A DNA stretch of 64,000 nt, from NCBI RefSeq assembly GCF_017305915.1, contig NZ_JAFKJN010000032.1, forward strand, positions 5,596-69,595, given 5' to 3'. The notes beneath the pieces are model-generated. The model saw only the letters and a program-made list of their open reading frames with translations, was not told the DNA's origin and searched no databases. The position numbers and the translations under genes were made by a program. Each line of letters starts with the position of its first letter. Positions within the stretch are counted from its first letter, which is position 1. Origin of the DNA: Reyranella sp. GTDB lineage: Bacteria > Pseudomonadota > Alphaproteobacteria > Reyranellales > Reyranellaceae. Shown one piece after another: positions 58,447-64,000 of the stretch.

Positions 58447-58851
58447 ATGGGCGGCATGAACATCGATATCAGCCGCCCCTGGATCCGCACCTCGCTGGGC
58501 GAGAAATGCCACACCGGTGGATTCTTTACCGTCACCAACAAAAGCGACGAGGCCGATCGGCTGATCGCAGCCGAAAGCCCCGTCGCGACGAAGATCGAGA
58601 TCCACGGCATCAAAGTGGTCGGCCACGGCATCTGCATGCGGCCGCTCGAGAAGGGGCTGCACCTGCCGCCCGACACGGCGATCACGCTGAAGCCGCGCGG
58701 CTATCACCTGTTGATCGAGCTCAAGGCACCGCTCGCTCAGGGCCAGCGTGTGCCGATGACCCTGACCTTCGAGACGGCGGGGGCGCAGACGGTCGAACTG
58801 CTCGTCGAGGCGCCGGGTCCGGTCGGCGACGAGGCCCTGGCCGAGCGTTAG
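58447..58851 (+). CDS. PCu(A)C (DUF461)-like protein lacking a signal peptide
   Basis: Pattern I..PWIRT....(G)GFFTVTN.SDEADRLIAAESPVA..IEIH......ICMRP....L.LP......LKPRGYHLLI.LK.PL..G..VPMTLTFE matches the copper chaperone PCuAC fold. In-frame stops lie directly upstream of the ATG. Confidence 0.7.
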   Translation: MGGMNIDISRPWIRTSLGEKCHTGGFFTVTNKSDEADRLIAAESPVATKIEIHGIKVVGHGICMRPLEKGLHLPPDTAITLKPRGYHLLIELKAPLAQGQRVPMTLTFETAGAQTVELLVEAPGPVGDEALAER

Positions 58852-59897
58852 CCGGGATAGCGGTGCGTCTGCCCGAAGGCGTCGCGGACCCGTAGCTCGT
58901 CGGGCAGCGCATCGGGATCGTCGCCCAGATAGCCTGCAAGATAACCAGGACCGATCGGCACCTTGCCGTGGCCGCCCGGCACGTCGAGCACGTAGGTCGG
59001 CTGCGCCAGGCCCGACAGCCGGCCGCGCAGCGCCCGCATCAGCTCCTGCCCGCGCGCGATGGAAACGCGGAAGTGGCCGGTGCCGCGCACCAGGTCAGGA
59101 TGATGCAGGTAGTAGGGCTTCACCCGCGCCGTCACCAGCGCCCGCATGAGCTGGTCTAGGGTATCGACGGTGTCGTTGATCCCGGCCAGCAGCACGGTCT
59201 GGCCCAATAAAGGTATCCCCGCATCGGCCAGCCGTCCGAGCGCCATCCGTGCCGCGGGCTGAAGCTCGCGCGGGTGATTGCAATGCACGCCGAGCCACGG
59301 CGCGGCGCGGCGCGGCTTGATCGCGGTCACCAGTTCGGGGGTCACGCGGGACGGATCGACGATCGGCACCCGGCTATGGATGCGGATGACGCCGACATGG
59401 CCGATCGCGTCGAGGCCCGCGATCAGGTCGGCGAGCCGCCGTGGTGCCATCATCAGCGGATCGCCGCCGGTCAGGATGACTTCCCAGATCTCGGGCCGGT
59501 CGCGGATGTAGGCGAGCGCGGCCGCGAGCTCGTCGGCCGACAAGGCCTCGCCGCCCGGCCCGACCTTCTCGCGGCGGAAGCAGAAGCGGCAATAGACCGG
59601 GCAGACATGCAGCGGCTTCAGCAGCACCCGGTCGGGATAGCGGTGGACGATGCCCTTGACGGCGGCGCGCGCCTCGTCGCCGATCGGGTCGGCCAGCTCC
59701 TCGGGCGCGATCTCGGTCTCGGCGATGCTGGGCACGAACTGGCGGGCGATCGGGTCGTCGGCGTCCGCGCGGTCGATCAGGCCAAGCATCTCGGGCGTGA
59801 TGGCGATCGCCATCGACTGCGCGGCGTCGGCAAGCCGCGGCTCGGCCGCGACCAGCCCTTCGCGCTCCAGCGCCTCGAGGGTCCGCAGGGTCTGCAT
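58848..59897 (-). CDS. lysine 2,3-aminomutase-like radical SAM protein (KamA/EpmB family)
   Basis: Radical SAM cluster CPVYCRFCFRRE. GGDPLM. C-terminal VLDVPGGHGKVPI. Confidence 0.9.
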   Translation of the reverse strand: MQTLRTLEALEREGLVAAEPRLADAAQSMAIAITPEMLGLIDRADADDPIARQFVPSIAETEIAPEELADPIGDEARAAVKGIVHRYPDRVLLKPLHVCPVYCRFCFRREKVGPGGEALSADELAAALAYIRDRPEIWEVILTGGDPLMMAPRRLADLIAGLDAIGHVGVIRIHSRVPIVDPSRVTPELVTAIKPRRAAPWLGVHCNHPRELQPAARMALGRLADAGIPLLGQTVLLAGINDTVDTLDQLMRALVTARVKPYYLHHPDLVRGTGHFRVSIARGQELMRALRGRLSGLAQPTYVLDVPGGHGKVPIGPGYLAGYLGDDPDALPDELRVRDAFGQTHRYPG

Positions 59898-59992
59898 GGC
59901 GGCCGTGACATAGCGGGAAACACCGCTTTCAACCAGTTCGGAAAACCCGCATCATCCCGGCAACAAGTAAGCAAAGAGGTAGGGGAAGGCGT

Positions 59993-60886
59993 ATGGCGTC
60001 GGGGTCGCGTCCGCTGTTCGGCGAGCAGCAGCGTTTCATGCTGCTGCTGGTGTTGCCCGCGGGCCTGCTGATGCTGCTGTTCCAGGTGGTGCCGATCGTG
60101 ATCGGCGCCAATGCCAGCTTCCGCGACTGGGCGCTCTACAATCCGAAGAAGGTCTGGGTCGGGCTGGCGCACTACCAGGCGGTGATCACCGATCCCGCCT
60201 TCCTCGAGGTCGTGCTGCCCAACACCTTCCTGTTCATGGTCGTGAGCGTGCTGGGCGCGCTGGCGCTGGGCCTGGCGCTGGCGCTGCTGCTCAACCGCCC
60301 GTTCCGCGGCCAGAAGCTGGTGCAGACCGTGCTGCTGGTGCCGCTGATGGTGGCGCCGGTGATCGCCGCCATCATGATGCGCTGGATGTTCAACGATCAG
60401 TTCGGGATCGTGAACGCAGTGCTCGAGGGGCTGGGGTTCGAGGGCCAGCCCTGGCTGGTCGAGCGTTGGACCGCCTTCGGCGTGATCCTGCTGACCGACA
60501 TCTGGCTGTGGACGCCCTGGTACACGCTGCTGCTGCTGGCGGGACTGCAGAGCCTGCCGCGCGAGCCGTTCGAGGCGGCCGAGATCGACGGCACCTCGAC
60601 CTGGCGGGTGTTCACCCATCTCACCGTGCCGATGCTGCGGCCGGTCATCGTGGTCTGCGTCGTGATCCGCGCGATCGACGCCTTCCGCACCTTCGATATC
60701 GTCTGGACGCTGACCGGCGGCGGCCCCGGCCGCTCGACCGAGCTGTTCAGCCTCTATGCCTATGTCCTGGCCTTCCTCAATCTCGATCTCGGTCGCGGCT
60801 CGGCAGCGGCGATGATCGGCGGCCTCATCATCCTGGTGGTCGGCGTGGTGCTCTATCGCGTCACCGACCGCATCGCCAAGGCCTGA
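59993..60886 (+). CDS. carbohydrate ABC transporter permease (MalF/UgpA-like)
   Basis: Six TM segments. EAA loop EPFEAAEIDGTSTWRVFTHLTVPMLRP. Confidence 0.9.
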   Translation: MASGSRPLFGEQQRFMLLLVLPAGLLMLLFQVVPIVIGANASFRDWALYNPKKVWVGLAHYQAVITDPAFLEVVLPNTFLFMVVSVLGALALGLALALLLNRPFRGQKLVQTVLLVPLMVAPVIAAIMMRWMFNDQFGIVNAVLEGLGFEGQPWLVERWTAFGVILLTDIWLWTPWYTLLLLAGLQSLPREPFEAAEIDGTSTWRVFTHLTVPMLRPVIVVCVVIRAIDAFRTFDIVWTLTGGGPGRSTELFSLYAYVLAFLNLDLGRGSAAAMIGGLIILVVGVVLYRVTDRIAKA

Positions 60887-60890
60887 CGCC

Positions 60891-61727
60891 ATGGCGATGG
60901 TCCGTCAGCCCATGCTGTTCGCCAATCTGCCGTTGGGCGTGCGCCGCCTGCTGTTCGGCCTGGCGATCGTCGGCATCTGCTTCCTGTTCGCCTTTCCGGT
61001 GCTGTGGCTGATCCTGACGTCGCTGCGGCCCGAATCGGGCGTCTACTACGTCCATCGCGGCACCGAGTTCACCTTGGGCAACTTCGCCGAGGTGTTTCAG
61101 GACGAGCGTGTGGTCGAGGCTTTCGCCAACTCCGCTGTGATCGCCACGCTCGCGACCTTCTTCTCGCTGCTGGTGACGGTGTCGAGCGGCTACATGCTGT
61201 CGCGCTTCAAGGGACCGGTCTCGAGCACCTGGTTCGGCACGATCTACATCTTCCGCTGCGTGCCCTACATCTCCTGGGTGATCCCGCTCTACTTCGTGGC
61301 GCAGAGCTGGGGCCTCTACGACACCTATGTCGGCCTGCTGCTGCCGCACATCGCCGTCCATATCTGCTTCTTCTCCTGGCTGATGAAGGGCTTCTTCGAC
61401 GGCATCGACCCGTCGATGGAGCACGCCGCCCTGATCGACGGCTGCACGCGCTGGGGCGCTTTCCTGCGGGTGGCGCTGCCGTCGGCGATCCCGGCGATCG
61501 CCGCGCTGGGCGTGCTGTGCTGGCTGTTCACCTGGAACGAGTTCCTGTTCGCCCTGATCCTGACCGGCAATCGCGTGCCGGTGATCACCGTGGTGATGGC
61601 CCAGTTCGTCACCGAGATGGGCCTGCGCTGGAATCTGATGGCGGCGACGGCGGTGATGGCGCTGGTGCCGGCCTTCCTGCTCGCCTTGTTCGGTCAGAAA
61701 TACGTGATTCGAGGCCTGCGCCTCTAA
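60891..61727 (+). CDS. carbohydrate ABC transporter permease (MalG/UgpE-like)
   Basis: Six TM segments. EAA loop DPSMEHAALIDGCTRWGAFLRVALP. Confidence 0.9.
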   Translation: MAMVRQPMLFANLPLGVRRLLFGLAIVGICFLFAFPVLWLILTSLRPESGVYYVHRGTEFTLGNFAEVFQDERVVEAFANSAVIATLATFFSLLVTVSSGYMLSRFKGPVSSTWFGTIYIFRCVPYISWVIPLYFVAQSWGLYDTYVGLLLPHIAVHICFFSWLMKGFFDGIDPSMEHAALIDGCTRWGAFLRVALPSAIPAIAALGVLCWLFTWNEFLFALILTGNRVPVITVVMAQFVTEMGLRWNLMAATAVMALVPAFLLALFGQKYVIRGLRL

Positions 61728-61747
61728 GTCAAAAGAAGGAGGAAACG

Positions 61748-63022
61748 ATGTTGAGACGAGCGTTATTAGCCGCCGCCGCCGTGCTCGCGGCCGGCACGGC
61801 GCAAGCCCAGGTGAAGGAGCTCAGGATCGGCTACCAGCCGAGCCCGATCCAGGACGCCTCGATCGCCATGTTCGAGAGCTGGGGCGCCAAGAAGGGCATC
61901 AAGATCGTCAAGGTGCCCAACTCCTACGGCGTCTACGTCGAGAAGATGACGGCGTCGCTGACCTCGAACTCTGACCAGTACGACGTGATCTGGCACAACG
62001 ACGACTGGGGCCAGCTCTGGGCGCACCTGCTCGAGCCGACCGACGACATCGAGGCCCTCAAGTACGCCGAGAAATGGGGCATGGACAAAGTCGTGTTCGG
62101 CAATGCGCAGGGCCAGAACACGGTCGTGCCGATGGGCCAGACCTTCAGCGTGTTCTTCTATCGCAGCGACCTGGTGAAGCCGGAGGAGGTGCCGAAGACC
62201 CTGGCCGGGCTGGTCGAGACCTCGAAGAAGCTCCAGGCGGCCGGCAAGGTGAAGTTCGGCTATGTCGGCGGCATGGCGATGAACCACAGCTGGTTCTCCT
62301 GGCTGTGGTCGATGTGGGCCAACAATTGCGACGTGCTGGCGCCTCCTTATGAGCGCGACAACAAGAAGCTCGCGGCCAACGGCTGGAAGTCGATGATGAC
62401 CGAGCCCTGCATGAAGGAGACGGTCGAATACTGGTGGGACGCCATCAACACCCACAAGATCTCGCCGCGCGGCATGCCGGCCTACGACCGCAACGAGGCC
62501 AACGCCATCTTCATGGGCGGCGACGCGGCCTTCACCGTGGCCGACACGCTGTGGTGGGGCACCTTCAACGATCCGGCCAAGTCCAAGATGGCGGGCAAGA
62601 TCGCGGCCGCGCGCTTCCCGCTCGGACCCAACCGCAAGGACCCGTTCGCCTGGGACGATATCTGGGGCTGGGCGATCCCGAAGTCGATTTCGCCGGAGCG
62701 CAAGGCGCTCGCCAAGGAGATGCTGGCGGCGATGATGGTCGACAAGGAAGGCCAGATGAAGATGTTCAAGGCGACCGGCGCGCCGCCGCCCAACACCACC
62801 TTCTGGCCCGAGATCTCCGCGGCCGATCCGTTCATGAAGCTGCTGAAGGAGTCGGTGCTCGATTCGCCCCACAAGGTGCGCGGTGCCTACTACTTCGCCA
62901 ACTGGCCGGCGGTGCACAAGGCGTTCAACGACACCGTCACCAAGGCCGTCACCGGCAAGCGCGAGGACATCGCCAAGGTGCTGGCCGAGGGCGCACCCAG
63001 CGTTAGCAAGGCGGCGCAGTAA
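61748..63022 (+). CDS. ABC transporter extracellular solute-binding protein (family 1, sugar-type)
   Basis: Signal peptide MLRRALLAAAAVLAAGTAQA. ~400-aa periplasmic binding-protein composition. GGAGGAAACG RBS. Sits in an operon with two permeases and an ATPase. Confidence 0.85.
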   Translation: MLRRALLAAAAVLAAGTAQAQVKELRIGYQPSPIQDASIAMFESWGAKKGIKIVKVPNSYGVYVEKMTASLTSNSDQYDVIWHNDDWGQLWAHLLEPTDDIEALKYAEKWGMDKVVFGNAQGQNTVVPMGQTFSVFFYRSDLVKPEEVPKTLAGLVETSKKLQAAGKVKFGYVGGMAMNHSWFSWLWSMWANNCDVLAPPYERDNKKLAANGWKSMMTEPCMKETVEYWWDAINTHKISPRGMPAYDRNEANAIFMGGDAAFTVADTLWWGTFNDPAKSKMAGKIAAARFPLGPNRKDPFAWDDIWGWAIPKSISPERKALAKEMLAAMMVDKEGQMKMFKATGAPPPNTTFWPEISAADPFMKLLKESVLDSPHKVRGAYYFANWPAVHKAFNDTVTKAVTGKREDIAKVLAEGAPSVSKAAQ

Positions 63023-63046
63023 GCGCGAAACGAGGCGCCCTTCATG

Positions 63047-63137
63047 TTCCTCTCCCGCTAGGGGGAGGGTCAGGTGAGGGGCTTCGAGGATTGTCTGTAA
63101 CCCCTCACCCCGCCTCTCCCCCTAGCGGGGGAGGAGC
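63047..63137. repeat. palindromic intergenic repeat (family A-related) between the SBP and ATPase genes of the ABC operon
   Basis: cctctcccgctagggggagg, ggtgaggggc...cccctcacc, cctctccccctagcgggggagg. Confidence 0.75.
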
Positions 63138-63150
63138 ATGACGAGTCATC

Positions 63151-64000
63151 ATGGCCGCTATCAGTCTTGCCAAGGTCAACAAGCACTACGGGTCGCTGCA
63201 CCATGCCGTGAAGGACGTCGACCTCGAGATCGCCGACAAGGAGTTCGTCGCCCTCGTCGGCCCGTCGGGCTGCGGCAAGTCCACCACGCTGCGCATGATC
63301 GCGGGGCTGGAGGACATCTCGAGCGGCGAGATCCGGATCGGCGGCAAGGTGGTGAACAACCTGGCCCCGCGCGACCGCGACGTCGCCATGGTGTTCCAGA
63401 ACTACGCGCTCTATCAGCACATGAGCGTGTACGACAATCTCGCCTTCGGCCTGCGCAACAAGAAGGTGCCGGAGCGAGACATCAAGGCGGCGATCGACCG
63501 CGCCGCCGAGATCCTGGGCCTGCACGAGCTGCTGAAGCGCCGGCCGCGCCAGCTCTCGGGCGGCCAGCAGCAGCGCGTCGCGCTCGGCCGCTGCCTGGTG
63601 CGCAACCCGCTGGTCTTCCTGTTCGACGAGCCGCTCTCCAACCTCGACGCCAAGCTGCGCGCCCAGATGCGGGTCGAGATCAAGCGCTTGCATGCCCAGG
63701 TGCCGACCACCTCGGTGTTCGTGACCCACGACCAGGTCGAGGCAATGACGCTCGGCGACCGGGTCGTGGTGATGCGCGACGGCCGCGTGCAGCAGGTCGG
63801 CACGCCGCTTACGGTCTATGCCCGGCCGGTCAACCGCTTCGTCGCGGGCTTCATCGGCGCGCCAGCGATGAACTTCGTCGAGGTCACGGTGGGCGAGGGC
63901 AAGGTCAGCGCCCCGGACCTCGATCTCGCCGTCAGCGAGCCATCGGGTGCCGCGCTCCAGCGCTATCGGGGCCGCAAGGTCGTGCTGGGCATGCGGCCCG
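63151..64000 (+). CDS. ABC transporter ATP-binding protein (UgpC/MalK-like), 3' end cut by window edge
   Basis: Not in the ORF track because no stop is reached. My translation from ATG 63151 gives [14 protein letters not shown]..., Walker [23 protein letters not shown], Walker [11 protein letters not shown]. Confidence 0.93.
   Translation, partial: MAAISLAKVNKHYGSLHHAVKDVDLEIADKEFVALVGPSGCGKSTTLRMIAGLEDISSGEIRIGGKVVNNLAPRDRDVAMVFQNYALYQHMSVYDNLAFGLRNKKVPERDIKAAIDRAAEILGLHELLKRRPRQLSGGQQQRVALGRCLVRNPLVFLFDEPLSNLDAKLRAQMRVEIKRLHAQVPTTSVFVTHDQVEAMTLGDRVVVMRDGRVQQVGTPLTVYARPVNRFVAGFIGAPAMNFVEVTVGEGKVSAPDLDLAVSEPSGAALQRYRGRKVVLGMRP

Overview
This is a GC-rich chromosomal segment (roughly two-thirds G+C by eye). 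Its gene content and synteny look alphaproteobacterial, Hyphomicrobiales/Bradyrhizobiaceae-like. It is largely core genome. coaE-dnaQ and secB lie at the left, hslV-GNAT-hslU in the middle, and the replication cluster mutM / enoyl-CoA hydratase / rpsT / (rhodanese) / dnaA / dnaN / recF / gyrB at 43.8-53.3 kb. Metabolic, transport and envelope genes sit between these. I call 65 protein-coding genes (two cut by the window edges), several families of palindromic intergenic repeats, three hairpin terminators and two candidate cell-cycle regulatory signals. I recognised no rRNA, tRNA, CRISPR array, transposase, integrase or phage gene, but by-eye scanning cannot exclude small RNAs. I did not find a convincing novel multi-gene system such as a defence island or biosynthetic cluster. 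The most unusual signals are mostly non-coding or structural. (1) A ~470-bp gene-free, AT-enriched island between convergent hslU and an MFS operon holds nested inverted repeats, five helically phased A-tract repeats and five GANTC sites. (2) A palindromic repeat element is inserted in frame inside an Smr-domain gene. (3) A five-hairpin composite repeat occurs in two copies with a compensatory stem change. (4) A perfect CtrA-type TTAA-N7-TTAA box lies in the dnaA-dnaN spacer, and a GANTC cluster lies upstream of a rhodanese gene wedged between rpsT and dnaA. (5) An AAC(6')-Ib-like GNAT is translationally coupled inside hslVU. (6) A membrane/alpha-beta-hydrolase/helical-domain fusion protein ends in CXXCH. 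(7) A LytTR gene looks frameshifted. All functional calls rest on motif recognition from the translated ORFs. No database search was run.
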